64,000 nucleotides of DNA from Spirochaetia bacterium (GCA_963677595.1 OY782041.1:2080001-2144000); one strand, 5' to 3'; positions 37,718-48,939 are shown, numbered from the stretch's first letter. The notes: generated from the letters alone by a model not told the origin. Translations and numbers: made by a program.

Positions 37718-37812
37718 AATGTCAATTATATGCATGTCTTATCAATTATGTCCATTCATAAATGGCTATTTTGGGGTGAGAATAGAGCTAACCTTGAGAT
37801 AGGAGCAGGCAT

Positions 37813-39297
37813 ATGAAGACAGTCGCAGGGATCGACACCGGTACCCAGAGTACCAAGGTCGTCGTATATGATTATGAGTCCAAGACGATCGTGGCAGAGG
37901 GCTCAGCCTCCCATGAGCTCGTCAGCAGGAATGACGGCACCCGGGAGCAGGAGGCTTCCTGGTGGATCGATGCGATCAGGGAGAGTTTCTCCCAGATTCC
38001 CGCGGAGGTCAGACAGACGATCGGGGCGGTCGGCGTCTCCGGACAGCAGCACGGGTTCGTGCCCGTGGATGCGGACGGCGAGGTGCTCTACCCGGTGAAA
38101 CTCTGGTGCGACACCTCTACCGCGGCTGAGTGCGGCGAGATCACCGAATCCTTCGGCGGCGGGGACGCGCTGCTGGAGAAGGCCGGCAACCTGGTGCTGC
38201 CTGGGTATACCGCGCCGAAGATCCTCTGGCTGAAGAAGAACCATACGGATCTGTATGACCGGATGGCGAAGATCCTCCTTCCCCATGACTATATCAACTG
38301 GTACCTGACCGGGGAGTACACCATGGAGTATGGTGACGCCTCAGGGACTGCCCTCCTTACCGTCGGGACACGGGAGTGGAATACCAGCCTGCTAGCCGCG
38401 CTGGACCCCGACCGGGATCTCAGCGAATGCCTCCCGAGGCTGATCGGGCCGCAGGAGAAGGCCGGTCTCGTCACGGAGAAGACTGCGGCAGAGTTCGGGA
38501 TCCCTGCCGGCATCCCCGTATCGAGCGGAGGCGGGGACAACATGATGGGGGCGATCGGCACGGGCACGGTCTCCTCCGGTGTACTCACCATGAGCCTCGG
38601 CACCTCCGGTACGATCTACGGTTATTCCGATACCCCCGTCATCGACCGGAACGGCTCGCTCGCAGCCTTCTGTTCCTCGACCGGCGGCTGGCTGCCGCTC
38701 TTATGCACCATGAACTGCACCGTTGCCTCCGAGCTGACGAGAACCCTCTTCGAGAAAGGCGTCAAGGAGTTCGACGGGACTGCTGAGCAGGCTCCTGCCG
38801 GGGCGGAAGGGGTACTCATGCTGCCCTTCTTCAACGGGGAGCGAACCCCGAACTTCCCCAACGGCAAGGGGTGTATCGTGGGTCTCGACAATGCCAACTA
38901 CCGTGAGGCGAACATCTCGAGGGCTGCCATGGAGTCGGCGATCTTCGGGCTGAAGATGGGGCTCGATGCCTTCATCTCCCTCGGCTATGAGCCGAAGGAG
39001 GTCCGGCTCATCGGGGGCGGGGCGAACTCCCCGTTCTGGCGGCAGATCGCCGCTGACATCCTCGACCTGCCGGTCGTCATCCCGGTCGTCAAGGAGGCAG
39101 CAGCCTTCGGTGCTGCCCTGCAGGCGCTCTGGTGCCTGGAAGGCGACGGGGTTTCGATCGAGGCGATCGCCGGGGAGCACATCGGGCTTGATGAGCGCAA
39201 GGGTTGCGTTCCCGATACCGCCGATGCAGCTGCCTATAGGGAAATATATGCACGGTACAGCGCGTATGTCGAAGCCATGACGCCGCTGTTCTCATAG
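37813..39297 (+). CDS. xylB: Xylulokinase
   Basis: GIDTGTQSTK, SGQQHG, DASGT, GGGDN, GERTP; adjacent to xylA. Confidence 0.93.
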   Translation: MKTVAGIDTGTQSTKVVVYDYESKTIVAEGSASHELVSRNDGTREQEASWWIDAIRESFSQIPAEVRQTIGAVGVSGQQHGFVPVDADGEVLYPVKLWCDTSTAAECGEITESFGGGDALLEKAGNLVLPGYTAPKILWLKKNHTDLYDRMAKILLPHDYINWYLTGEYTMEYGDASGTALLTVGTREWNTSLLAALDPDRDLSECLPRLIGPQEKAGLVTEKTAAEFGIPAGIPVSSGGGDNMMGAIGTGTVSSGVLTMSLGTSGTIYGYSDTPVIDRNGSLAAFCSSTGGWLPLLCTMNCTVASELTRTLFEKGVKEFDGTAEQAPAGAEGVLMLPFFNGERTPNFPNGKGCIVGLDNANYREANISRAAMESAIFGLKMGLDAFISLGYEPKEVRLIGGGANSPFWRQIAADILDLPVVIPVVKEAAAFGAALQALWCLEGDGVSIEAIAGEHIGLDERKGCVPDTADAAAYREIYARYSAYVEAMTPLFS

Positions 39298-39333
39298 AGA
39301 TCAAGAAAACACTATGTATAAAGAGGTACTAGT

Positions 39334-40668
39334 ATGACAACACCATTTATCGGAGCAAAGGAATACTTCCCCGGGATCGGGAAGATCGGGTTCGAGGGAA
39401 GGGGTTCTGACAACCCGCTGGCATTCAAGTTCTACAACCCGGACAAGGTCGTTGCCGGGAAGAGCATGCGGGAGCACCTGCGGTTCGCGATCGCCTACTG
39501 GCACTCCTTCTGCGCGAACGGGACCGACCCCTTCGGCAGCGGGACCATCATCTTTCCCTGGGCTGATGCCGACCCCATGACCGCGGCACTGAAGAAGGCA
39601 GATGCGGCATTCGAGTTCTTCACGAAGATCGGCGCGGACTACTACTGCTTCCATGACGCTGACGTCTCCCCGGAGGGGAACAGTGTTGCTGAATACGAGA
39701 AGAACTACCACCAGGTAGCCGAAGCCCTCAAGGAGCGGCAGGAGGCGACCGGGGTGAAGCTTCTGTGGAACACGGCTAATGTCTTCTCCAACCCGAGGTA
39801 TATGAACGGTGCGGCTACGAACCCCGATTTCGACGTGGTCTCACGGGTCGCCGTCCAGGTCAAGAACTGCCTTGACGTGAACGTGATGCTCGGCGGCGAG
39901 AACTATGTCTTCTGGGGCGGACGGGAAGGCTACATGGACCTGTGGAACACCGACATGAAGCAGGAGACCGAGCACCTCGCACGGTTCCTCACCATGGCAC
40001 GGGACTACGGCAGGAAGATCGGCTTCACCGGGAACTTCCTCATCGAGCCTAAGCCGATGGAGCCTACCAAGCACCAGTACGACTACGATGCGGCCACCAC
40101 CATCGGCTTCATCAGGCAGCACGGCCTCGAGCAGGACTTCAAGTGCAACATCGAGAACAACCATGCGACCCTCGCAGGGCACACCTTCGCCCATGACCTT
40201 CAGGTCTGTGCGGATGCCGGGATGCTCGGGAGCATCGACGCGAACCAGGGTGACTACCAGAACGGCTGGGATACCGATGAGTTCCCGACGAACGTCTATG
40301 ACGCGGTAGAGGCGATGATGGTCGTGCTGAACGCAGGCGGGCTCACTTCCGGCGGGCTTAACTTCGACGCGAAGGTCAGGAGGAACTCCACAGATGCGGA
40401 AGACCTCTTCATCGCGCACATCGGCGGTATGGACACCTTCGCCCTGAGCCTTGAGCTGGCAGACAGGATCATCTCGGACGGGAAGATATCGGGCATGAAG
40501 GATGAGCGCTACAGCAGCTTCGCAGGCGGCAAAGGCCTTGCCTTCGCTACCGGTGAGATGACGCTCGAGGATCTCTATGCAGTCGGGAAAGAGGTCGGGG
40601 AACCGGCACGGACGAGCGGCAAGCAGGAGAAGATCCGGAACATGGTCAACCAGTACCTCTTTGGGTAG
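39334..40668 (+). CDS. xylA: Xylose isomerase (class II)
   Basis: [41 protein letters not shown]. Confidence 0.97.
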   Translation: MTTPFIGAKEYFPGIGKIGFEGRGSDNPLAFKFYNPDKVVAGKSMREHLRFAIAYWHSFCANGTDPFGSGTIIFPWADADPMTAALKKADAAFEFFTKIGADYYCFHDADVSPEGNSVAEYEKNYHQVAEALKERQEATGVKLLWNTANVFSNPRYMNGAATNPDFDVVSRVAVQVKNCLDVNVMLGGENYVFWGGREGYMDLWNTDMKQETEHLARFLTMARDYGRKIGFTGNFLIEPKPMEPTKHQYDYDAATTIGFIRQHGLEQDFKCNIENNHATLAGHTFAHDLQVCADAGMLGSIDANQGDYQNGWDTDEFPTNVYDAVEAMMVVLNAGGLTSGGLNFDAKVRRNSTDAEDLFIAHIGGMDTFALSLELADRIISDGKISGMKDERYSSFAGGKGLAFATGEMTLEDLYAVGKEVGEPARTSGKQEKIRNMVNQYLFG

Positions 40669-40691
40669 GACGATACTTTAAGAGATAGAGT

Positions 40692-40717
40692 CAAGGTCCG
40701 AGGAAACCCGGACCTTG
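40692..40717. terminator. Hairpin between convergent xylA and OsmC gene
   Basis: CAAGGTCCG...CGGACCTTG. Confidence 0.6.
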
Positions 40718-40724
40718 TTCATCG

Positions 40725-41120
40725 CTACTGGAACGAGACGTCCCAGGACATCTCGGCCACCTTCGCGATGGTGTTGTAGACCGAGCAGTACCTCGTCCCG
40801 ATGTCGCAGGCCTTCGTGATCTTCTTCTCGTCACTCGCCCCGGTCACCGTGATCGCGATATGGCACTCCTTCAGGGTCGCGACCTTCTCGTCGCGCTTCT
40901 CCCCGGAGACTTCCATCTCGAGGATGTCGTAGTCTGCCTGCATCTTCTCGGCTACCGACACGATGGTAGCGTACAGGCACCCCTCGAGGGCTGCGAGGAG
41001 CAGGTCGTAGGGCCTGAAGGACCCTTCGGCCTTCCCGATGTGCAGTGTGCTCCCGTCATCCTTGATGGCTTCCCAGCCTTCCTTCGTGAACCGTGCACGC
41101 ATGTGCTGTTTCTCACCCAT
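40725..41120 (-). CDS. OsmC/YhfA family protein
   Basis: RPYDLLLAALEGC...YCSV. Confidence 0.85.
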   Translation of the reverse strand: MGEKQHMRARFTKEGWEAIKDDGSTLHIGKAEGSFRPYDLLLAALEGCLYATIVSVAEKMQADYDILEMEVSGEKRDEKVATLKECHIAITVTGASDEKKITKACDIGTRYCSVYNTIAKVAEMSWDVSFQ

Positions 41121-41318
41121 GGCATACCTCCTGATACCTGTCACTATACGACGAAGGGGAAGAAAGATAAAGAGCGGATGCCCCTTCGGGGATGGATGGG
41201 TCCCCACCGTTCGCTAACTGCATTGAGCACATGGGTATAGGTTCCTCTTAACAGATTTTTACCCCACCTGTAGTGTAGAATTGATAAAAATTCATATCCG
41301 TAGTACAATTATGGCAGT

Positions 41319-43109
41319 ATGAAAGCAACGACAGTCTATGATGAGAGCAAGATAAAGACGTTAAGCTCACTGGAGCATATACGCCTGAGGACCGGTATGT
41401 ATATCGGGCGCCTCGGGGACGGCGGGAATGCCGATGACGGGATCTACATCCTCCTCAAGGAGGTGGTGGACAACAGCATCGACGAGTTCATCATGGGGTT
41501 CGGCCGACAGGTGGCCGTGGAGATCCATGAGAAGACCGTGAAGGTCCGGGACTTCGGTCGGGGGATCCCCCTTGGCAAGGTGATCGAGTGCGTCTCGGTG
41601 ATCAATACCGGGGCAAAGTACAATGACGAGGTGTTCCAGTTCTCCGTGGGGCTCAACGGGGTCGGTACGAAGGCGGTCAATGCCCTCTCCTCCTATTTCC
41701 ATGTGGTCTCCTACCGTGAGGGGAAGTACTCCGAGGCGGTCTTCGAGCGGGGGACCCTCATCTCGAAGAAGCAGGGGAAGAGCACCCAGCCGGCCGGCAC
41801 CTTCATCGAGTTCATTCCCGATGAGCAGATCTTCGGCGAGTATGCCTATGACATGGAGTTCGTCGAGGAGCGGATCCAGAACTATGCCTACCTGAACGCC
41901 GGGCTCACGCTCGAGTTCAACAAGCGCATGTACCGCTCTAAGAAGGGTCTGCTCGACCTGCTGCAGGCTGAGGTCGGCTCCCAATGCCTCTATGACATCA
42001 TCTACTACAAGGGAGAGCATATCGAGTTCTCCCTCACCCATACGGGGAACTACGGCGAGAACTACTTCTCCTACGTGAACGGCCAGTTCACCAGCAGCGG
42101 GGGTACCCACCAGAGCGCCTTCCGTGAGGGGATCCTCAAGGGGGTCAACGAGTTCTTCAAGAAGAGCTACTCCGGGGTCGATGTCCGCGAGGGCGTCGTT
42201 GGGGCTGTGGCGGTAAAGCTGATGAACCCGGTCTTCGAGAGCCAGACAAAGAACAAGCTCGGGAACACCGAGATCAAGGGCTGGATCATCAATGAGGTGA
42301 AGTCCGCTATCGAGGACTTCCTGCTCAAGAACCAGGATGCTGCCACGCGGCTCAACGACAAGATAGCGAACAACGAGAAGCTCCGCAAGGAGCTCAATGC
42401 CGTGAAGAAAGGAGCCCGCGAGGCAGCGAAGAGGATCTCGATCAAGATCCCGAACCTCAAGGACTGCAAGTACCACCGGGACCACGCGAAACACGGCGAG
42501 AAGACCATGATCTTCCTCACCGAGGGACAGTCTGCCTCCGGGTCGATGGTCTCCACCCGGGATGTCTATACCCAGGCGATCTTCAGCCTGCGGGGGAAGG
42601 TACTCAACGTCCAGGGCAAGAAGCGGACGGAGATCTATAAGAACGAGGAGCTCTACAACCTCATGAAGGCCCTCGGGATCGAGAACGAGCTGGAGAACCT
42701 CCGGTATGAGAAGATCGTCATCGCGACCGATGCCGATTTCGACGGGTTCCATATCAGGAACCTGCTGCTGACCTATTTCCTCAGCTATTTCGAGGAGCTC
42801 GTCCTCTCGAACCATATCTATATCCTCGAGACCCCGCTGTTCCGTGTGCGGAACAAGAAGAAGACGGTCTACTGCTATAACGAGCAGGAGCGCAACGAGG
42901 CGATGGCTATGATCTCCTCGCCTGAGGTGACGCGGTTCAAGGGGCTCGGGGAGATCTCCCCGAAGGAGTTCGGCCAGTTCATCGGCGAGGACATCCGGCT
43001 CATCCCCGTGAGCATCAAGTCGATCCATGAGATCAGGGACACCCTCGAGTTCTACATGGGTAAGAACACGCCGCAGCGAAAAGAATTCATCATGGAGAAC
43101 CTGATCTGA
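41319..43109 (+). CDS. parE: DNA topoisomerase IV subunit B
   Basis: EHIRLRTGMYIG, EVVDNSIDE, GLNGVG; TOPRIM TEG.SA, LRGK, TDADFDG; short ParE-type length. Confidence 0.9.
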   Translation: MKATTVYDESKIKTLSSLEHIRLRTGMYIGRLGDGGNADDGIYILLKEVVDNSIDEFIMGFGRQVAVEIHEKTVKVRDFGRGIPLGKVIECVSVINTGAKYNDEVFQFSVGLNGVGTKAVNALSSYFHVVSYREGKYSEAVFERGTLISKKQGKSTQPAGTFIEFIPDEQIFGEYAYDMEFVEERIQNYAYLNAGLTLEFNKRMYRSKKGLLDLLQAEVGSQCLYDIIYYKGEHIEFSLTHTGNYGENYFSYVNGQFTSSGGTHQSAFREGILKGVNEFFKKSYSGVDVREGVVGAVAVKLMNPVFESQTKNKLGNTEIKGWIINEVKSAIEDFLLKNQDAATRLNDKIANNEKLRKELNAVKKGAREAAKRISIKIPNLKDCKYHRDHAKHGEKTMIFLTEGQSASGSMVSTRDVYTQAIFSLRGKVLNVQGKKRTEIYKNEELYNLMKALGIENELENLRYEKIVIATDADFDGFHIRNLLLTYFLSYFEELVLSNHIYILETPLFRVRNKKKTVYCYNEQERNEAMAMISSPEVTRFKGLGEISPKEFGQFIGEDIRLIPVSIKSIHEIRDTLEFYMGKNTPQRKEFIMENLI

Positions 43110-45100
43110 TGGCACATGTACAGAAACTCTTCAGAAAGAACTTCCTCGAATATGCATCCTACGTTATCAAGGACCGGGCCATCCCGGACATAGCGGACGG
43201 GCTGAAGCCGGTCCAGCGGAGGATCCTCCACTCCCTCTTCGAGATGGATGACGGCAAGTTCCACAAGGTGGCCAACGTCGTCGGGCACTGCATGAAGTAC
43301 CACCCGCACGGGGACTCCTCCATCTACGAGGCGCTGGTGAACCTGGCCAACATGGAGGTCTTCATCGACAAGCAGGGGAACTTCGGGAACATCCTCACCG
43401 GCGACATCGCCTCGGCTGCCCGATACATCGAGTGCCGGCTGCTTCCCTATGCGAGGAAGTCGATCTACAACCCTGAGCTGACCGTCTACGAGGACTCCTA
43501 CGACGGGAGGAACTCCGAACCGGTCGCCTTCCCGGCCAAGATCCCGGTCCTGCTGATCCAGGGGGCCGAGGGGATCGCCGTCGGCATGTCGACGAAGATC
43601 CTGCCGCACAACCTCAACGAGGTCCTCGACGCGATGGCAGCCCGGCTCCAGGGGGAGGTGAAACGGGTCTACCCCGACTTCCCGGGCGGCGGCTACCTCG
43701 ACGTGTCGAACTATGAGGACGGCAACGGGAAAGTGCTCGTACGGGCCAAGCTCAATACCAAGGACCCGAAGAAGATCGTCATCGAGGAGATCCCCTACGG
43801 GGTCACCACCGAGAAGCTGATCGCCTCCATCGAGGCTGCAGCCAAGAAGAACAAGCTGAAGATCTCGGGGATCAACGACTTCACCACCGAGAAGATCAAT
43901 ATAGAGATCAACCTCCCGAGGAACACCTATACCCAGGATGTCGTCGATGCCCTCTATGCCTTCACCGACTGCGAGCAGTCGATCTCGGTGAACCTGCTGG
44001 TGATCCGGGACGGGTTCCCGGTACAGATGACCGTCACCGATGCGATCGCCTACCAGACGGATCGGCTCGTCGAGATCCTGAAGATGGAGCTCGAGAACGA
44101 GCGGGGGCACCTGCTCGATAACCTGCATGCCAGGACACTGGAGCGGATCTTCATCGAGGAGCGGATCTATAAGGCTATCGAGAAGATGAAGACCCAGGAG
44201 ACGGTGGTGAAAGCCGTCTTCCAGGGGTTCAAGCCCTTCCTAGACCAGTTGACGCGGGAGCTCGTTCCCGACGACGTGGACCGGCTGCTCAAGATCCCGA
44301 TCAGGAGGATCTCCCTCTACGACATCGAGAAGGCCCGCCATGAGGTCGAGAAGATCAATGCACGGCTCGAGGAGATCGCCTACCACCTCGCACATATCAC
44401 GGAATATGCCCTGGAGAACATCGAGTCGCTGAAGGTGAGTTCCGGTCCCCGCGCGCAGCGGAACACGATGGTGACCTCGTTCGACAAGGTCGATGTCAGG
44501 GAGGCTGCCAACCGTGACCTCTCCGTACGGTTCGATCCCTCGACCGGCTATCTCGGGTACCAGGTCCGGGAGGGCAGCATCCATTGCGAGGTCTCCCCCT
44601 ACGACCGGCTGCTGGTCATCAAGCGGGACGGCAGCTACTTCGTCACCGAGACCACGGACAAGCTCTTCGTCGGCAAGGGGATGCGCTACTGCTGCATCGC
44701 GGAGAAGTCCTGCCTCGAGGAGACGTTCTTCACGCTGGTCTACCAGCTGAAGGGGACCCGGCAGCTCTACATCAAGCGGTGCCAGATCACCCAGTTCATC
44801 ATGAACCGCTCCTACGAGCTGGTCCCGGAGAACGGGAAGCTCGTGAAGTTCTCCACCCAGGAGAATGCTGAGGTATTCCTGCAGTATAAACCGAAAAAAC
44901 GGCTGAAAGTGCTCGAGGAGAGTTTCCCCTTTGCCGATTATCTGGTAAAAGGTGTGAGGGCTAACGGGGTCCGGCTGACATCGAAGGATGTCCAGTCCGT
45001 CAGGATCCGCAGGGTGGTCCATAAGAAACCGGCAGAACCTGAGCAGCAGGAGCCTGAAGTGCAGAAGCAGCTGCAGCTCGGTATCGAGGATGATGCATGA
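43109..45100 (+). CDS. parC: DNA topoisomerase IV subunit A
   Basis: DGLKPVQRR, YHPHGD, AARYIE (catalytic Tyr); short C-terminus, no GyrA box seen. Confidence 0.9.
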   Translation: MAHVQKLFRKNFLEYASYVIKDRAIPDIADGLKPVQRRILHSLFEMDDGKFHKVANVVGHCMKYHPHGDSSIYEALVNLANMEVFIDKQGNFGNILTGDIASAARYIECRLLPYARKSIYNPELTVYEDSYDGRNSEPVAFPAKIPVLLIQGAEGIAVGMSTKILPHNLNEVLDAMAARLQGEVKRVYPDFPGGGYLDVSNYEDGNGKVLVRAKLNTKDPKKIVIEEIPYGVTTEKLIASIEAAAKKNKLKISGINDFTTEKINIEINLPRNTYTQDVVDALYAFTDCEQSISVNLLVIRDGFPVQMTVTDAIAYQTDRLVEILKMELENERGHLLDNLHARTLERIFIEERIYKAIEKMKTQETVVKAVFQGFKPFLDQLTRELVPDDVDRLLKIPIRRISLYDIEKARHEVEKINARLEEIAYHLAHITEYALENIESLKVSSGPRAQRNTMVTSFDKVDVREAANRDLSVRFDPSTGYLGYQVREGSIHCEVSPYDRLLVIKRDGSYFVTETTDKLFVGKGMRYCCIAEKSCLEETFFTLVYQLKGTRQLYIKRCQITQFIMNRSYELVPENGKLVKFSTQENAEVFLQYKPKKRLKVLEESFPFADYLVKGVRANGVRLTSKDVQSVRIRRVVHKKPAEPEQQEPEVQKQLQLGIEDDA

Positions 45101-45786
45101 GAGACAGTATAAGAGAGAGGATCCTCTTTGAAGATAACCACCTGATCGTGGTGAACAAGCGCCCCTCGGAGATCGTGCAGGGCGATGAGACCCAGGATGT
45201 GCCGCTGTGCGATCATGTACGGGAGTATATCAGGGAGAGATACCATAAGCAGGGGAATGTCTTCCTCGGCATACCGCACCGGCTCGACCGGCCGACGAGC
45301 GGGATCGTCATCTATACCAAGACCGACAAGGCCCTCTCGCGGATGGGTTCCATGTTCCGGGAGAAGAAGGTGAAGAAGACCTACTGGGCTGTCGTTGACA
45401 AGATGCCGCCCCAGTCCGAGGGGGAGCTCAAGCACTACCTTACCCGGAACCGGCAGAAGAACAAGAGCATCGCCTTCGATACGGAGAAGAAGAACTCGCA
45501 GTTCGCCCACCTGAGCTACCGCGTGGTCGGGGCGACCCAGAACTACTACCTGCTCGAGATCGACCTCCATACCGGGCGGCACCACCAGATCAGGGCGCAG
45601 CTTGCCGCGATCGGCTGCTCCATCAAGGGTGACCTCAAGTACGGGGCGAGGCGGTCGAACCGCGGGGGTGGGATCTACCTGCATGCGCGCAAGGTCGAAT
45701 TCGAACACCCCGTGAAGAAAGAATCCCTCACGATCGTCGCGGACCCCCCGTCCGACCCCCTATGGAACTGTTTCAGAAACCTCTAA
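45097..45786 (+). CDS. RluA family pseudouridine synthase
   Basis: HRLDRPTSG, TGRHHQIR, GDLKYG, LHA. Confidence 0.92.
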   Translation: MRDSIRERILFEDNHLIVVNKRPSEIVQGDETQDVPLCDHVREYIRERYHKQGNVFLGIPHRLDRPTSGIVIYTKTDKALSRMGSMFREKKVKKTYWAVVDKMPPQSEGELKHYLTRNRQKNKSIAFDTEKKNSQFAHLSYRVVGATQNYYLLEIDLHTGRHHQIRAQLAAIGCSIKGDLKYGARRSNRGGGIYLHARKVEFEHPVKKESLTIVADPPSDPLWNCFRNL

Positions 45787-45789
45787 CCA

Positions 45790-48726
45790 CTACAGGATAT
45801 CGATGTAGCCCTCTCCCGACTTCCCGTCTATCTTCACGGTGAACGGTCTGTCTGTATGGGAGAGCCTGAGGAACTCCGTCTCCCTCGTGCAGGTCAGTAC
45901 ATCAAGCCGCTCATACGCACAGCTCCCGTCTCCCCGTACCGGATTGATCGTCATGTAGCCGTTGTGGAGCGAGGTGAGATTCTGGAAGAAGTGCGTTCCC
46001 TGGCTTGGCTCCACCTCGAACCCCTTGAGACCCGTCTCGATGATGACCCTCGCCTGGGAGATCTGCGCCCAGGTGGTGGGGATGCCGAGCCAGGGGTCGC
46101 TCGAACCGAGCCTCCCTGCCACCAGGAGGATGTAGCCCCTGTCCTCCTCGGTGAAGGCGGCGTTGATCTCTGCTATCTGCTCTGCCATGAGTACCGTCTT
46201 CGACGGGTCGAAGGCGTCCGGCTTCACGTAGATGATGTCCTGGAGGTCAGAATAGATCCCGTTGCCCATCGCCTTCTTCGAATGGATTACAGCTTTCTGG
46301 GTATCTTCGGGGAGGAACGAGACGTCCGTTGACTCAGCACCCTCGACGATCGGCCTGATCTGCAGGATGCTGAACTCCGGGGGCTTTCCCGCCGGTTTAT
46401 GGAAGTTGCATGCGAACTCGATCTCGATCGGCACATTCATGATATCCTCTCCGAGGATGAGCAGGTCCCTGATGATCTGCACGACCGGGAGGGCATTGTA
46501 TTTGAGAAGGGCGGAGAAGGTGATGATCTTCTTCCCCTTTGCCGACGGGGAGTCGCTCATGGTCCTGTTGCGGATGTCGTAGGTCGAGGCGACATACTTC
46601 AGGGGATTTGGATCATCAAGGTCCCCGACCTGGAGCTTCACCAGGTTGTCCGCATCGAACTCCTCCGGGTCGAAGAGCCTGGTCATATCCAGGGCATAGA
46701 ACTCCTGCTGGGTCTTGCCGGTCATGGGGTCGAGCTGCATCGCCCGTTTCGGGTATCTCGGGGAGAACCGCAGCGAGATCCCATTCTCCACGACCGTCTT
46801 CCCGAACCCGAAGGCGATGTAGGCTACCCCGTCGGAGGGGGACTCCTTCCCGAGGGGGTAGTAGTTCAGCGACCTGGCGACCCCGGAGAGGTTGGGGTAG
46901 CAGTAGTGGCCGAAGGTGGTGCCCGTCACCTGCTGGATGATGACGGCCATCTGCTCCTCCTCGATCATGTGGTTCGTCGCCTTGAGGTAGTCCTTGCTCT
47001 TGCGGTAGTAGGTGGAGGCGTAGACGCACTTGATCGCGTTGCAGATGTCCTTCATCCTCCGGTCGAAGTCCGGGTGGTCGTTGGGGATCATGCAGGTCTC
47101 GTAGATACCGGCGAAGGGCTGGTAGTGTGAGTCCTCCAGCAGGCTCGAGGACCGTACCGCGATCGGTGCACGGAGCACCTTGATGATGGCTTTCAGGTTC
47201 TCCTCGAGCTCGTTCGGCAGTTTCGCCTTGAGGAAGATCTGGAGGATCTCCCCGTCGGAGTAGTCCTTGACGACCTCGGGGTAGAGGTCGTTCTCCTCCA
47301 TGAAGGAGTCGAAGAGTTCGGTCGTCAGGACGATCGTCCTGGGGATGGAGAGGTACATTTCGGGGTACTTCTCGGCCAGGCCGTGCTCCTTGACGATCAT
47401 GCTGATGAAGGCGAGTCCGCGTCCCTTCCCCCCGAGGGAGCCTGAGCCGATCCTGTTGAAGAAGGAGAGCTCGTCGAACCGCTCCTTGCTGAAGAGCGCG
47501 ATGGTGTTCCTCCCCCGCTGGGAGCGGTAGGCCTTGATCGTGGAGATAATGTCGCTGCGAAGCTCATCGGCTGTCCGGTAGTCCTCGAGGCTCTTTGGCC
47601 GGATCTGTTTCGCCAGGTTGAAGTGGGCACGTGCCTTGAGCCATTTCGAGATGTCATTGTTACGCACATGGTACTTGAACGAGTCGAGCGGCAGGGTCGC
47701 CAGGGTGTACTGGAGGTCCCTGAGGTTCTCGGCCTTGGCGATCGGCCGCAGGGTGTCGGGATCCCTGAAGATGAAGTCCCCGAACCCGTAGTTGGTCCTG
47801 ATGTAGGTTCGTATATCGGCAAGGAGGGTCTCGGAGTGCTTGTGGATGAAGTGGGCATGGTGCTTCTCGGCCTCTATGCGGTACTCCTGGCGGGAGGACT
47901 GCAGCAGGATGGGGATCTCGCTGTTCCCCCCCCTGATATACTCACAGAGCTTCAGGCCGGCTTCCCGGTCGACTTCCCCGTCCCGGTTGTAGGTGATGTC
48001 CGAGATGATCCCGAGGGTGTTCCCTTTATAGGTGTCATAGAGCTCGACTGCCTCATTGTAGTTCTTGGCAAGGAGGATCTTCGGGCGTCCCCGCATCCGC
48101 TGGGTCTTGGACCAGTCGTTGAGCCCCTCCGACATGATATACCGGGCCTGCTGGATCAGGGTGGTATAGATGATCGGGAGGTAGGTCGAGTAGTAGCGGA
48201 CCGAGTCCTCCACCAGGATGATGACCTGCACACCGGCAGATGCCGTGTCGAGCGGTGCGTTCATCCGGTCCTCGACCAGCTTGACCATGGCCAGCAGGAT
48301 GTTCGGGTTCCCCTGCCAGGCGAAGATGTAGTCCACCACATCCCGGCTCTCGCTCTTGAGTTCGAGGAGCATCTTGTGGGAGGCCTGCGGGGTGAGGATG
48401 ATGATCGGCTTGTCAGGGTATGTCTCCCTGATCGTCTGTGCCAGGGTCGCCACATGCAGCTCCCCGATGTTGAGCATGGTGATGACCAGTTCGAAGTCCC
48501 GTTCCTCAAGGAGGTCCAGGGCTACCTGGGCTGAGTGGGCATGGGTGATCTTCGGCGGGTAGCGCAGGCCGAGGGAGACATAGTCCTGGAACAGCAGTTC
48601 CTCTATGCGTCCATCCTCCTCGAGCATGAACCGGTCATACCTGCTGCAGATGAGCAGGATGTTCCGGACTCGCAGGGACATGAGATCCCCGAACGGGGTC
48701 TCCGGTATGATCGGTTGTGCAGTCAT
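45790..48726 (-). CDS. Receiver-domain / PPDK_N ATP-grasp fusion protein (PEP-synthase-like, uncharacterised)
   Basis: Two receiver-like domains; GSLGGKGRGL, AVRSSSLLED, FAGIYET, MAVIIQQV, IEIEFA, ILQIRP; C-terminal SQGTHFFQN. Start placed at MTAQP. Confidence 0.85.
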   Translation of the reverse strand: MTAQPIIPETPFGDLMSLRVRNILLICSRYDRFMLEEDGRIEELLFQDYVSLGLRYPPKITHAHSAQVALDLLEERDFELVITMLNIGELHVATLAQTIRETYPDKPIIILTPQASHKMLLELKSESRDVVDYIFAWQGNPNILLAMVKLVEDRMNAPLDTASAGVQVIILVEDSVRYYSTYLPIIYTTLIQQARYIMSEGLNDWSKTQRMRGRPKILLAKNYNEAVELYDTYKGNTLGIISDITYNRDGEVDREAGLKLCEYIRGGNSEIPILLQSSRQEYRIEAEKHHAHFIHKHSETLLADIRTYIRTNYGFGDFIFRDPDTLRPIAKAENLRDLQYTLATLPLDSFKYHVRNNDISKWLKARAHFNLAKQIRPKSLEDYRTADELRSDIISTIKAYRSQRGRNTIALFSKERFDELSFFNRIGSGSLGGKGRGLAFISMIVKEHGLAEKYPEMYLSIPRTIVLTTELFDSFMEENDLYPEVVKDYSDGEILQIFLKAKLPNELEENLKAIIKVLRAPIAVRSSSLLEDSHYQPFAGIYETCMIPNDHPDFDRRMKDICNAIKCVYASTYYRKSKDYLKATNHMIEEEQMAVIIQQVTGTTFGHYCYPNLSGVARSLNYYPLGKESPSDGVAYIAFGFGKTVVENGISLRFSPRYPKRAMQLDPMTGKTQQEFYALDMTRLFDPEEFDADNLVKLQVGDLDDPNPLKYVASTYDIRNRTMSDSPSAKGKKIITFSALLKYNALPVVQIIRDLLILGEDIMNVPIEIEFACNFHKPAGKPPEFSILQIRPIVEGAESTDVSFLPEDTQKAVIHSKKAMGNGIYSDLQDIIYVKPDAFDPSKTVLMAEQIAEINAAFTEEDRGYILLVAGRLGSSDPWLGIPTTWAQISQARVIIETGLKGFEVEPSQGTHFFQNLTSLHNGYMTINPVRGDGSCAYERLDVLTCTRETEFLRLSHTDRPFTVKIDGKSGEGYIDIL

Positions 48727-48939
48727 ACTGATACTGTACCACGATTCCCCGGGATTATCCACGGGTGTTTTTACTGGAGCATTAAGGGGCTGATCGAAAG
48801 AAAATATGTTAAAAAAGTATGAAAACATAAAAATAAATAAAAATATAACTGTATCCATAAGTAAGGAAATAGAAAAACATGCAAAACATAAAATACTATC
48901 ATACAAGATAATATATTTTGTAAAACATAAGAAAATAAG

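Noticed and set aside
41367-45708. Long antisense ORFs over parE, parC and rluA (582, 358, 260, 256 aa)
   Set aside because: Shadows of high-GC3 coding on the opposite strand; no motifs of their own.
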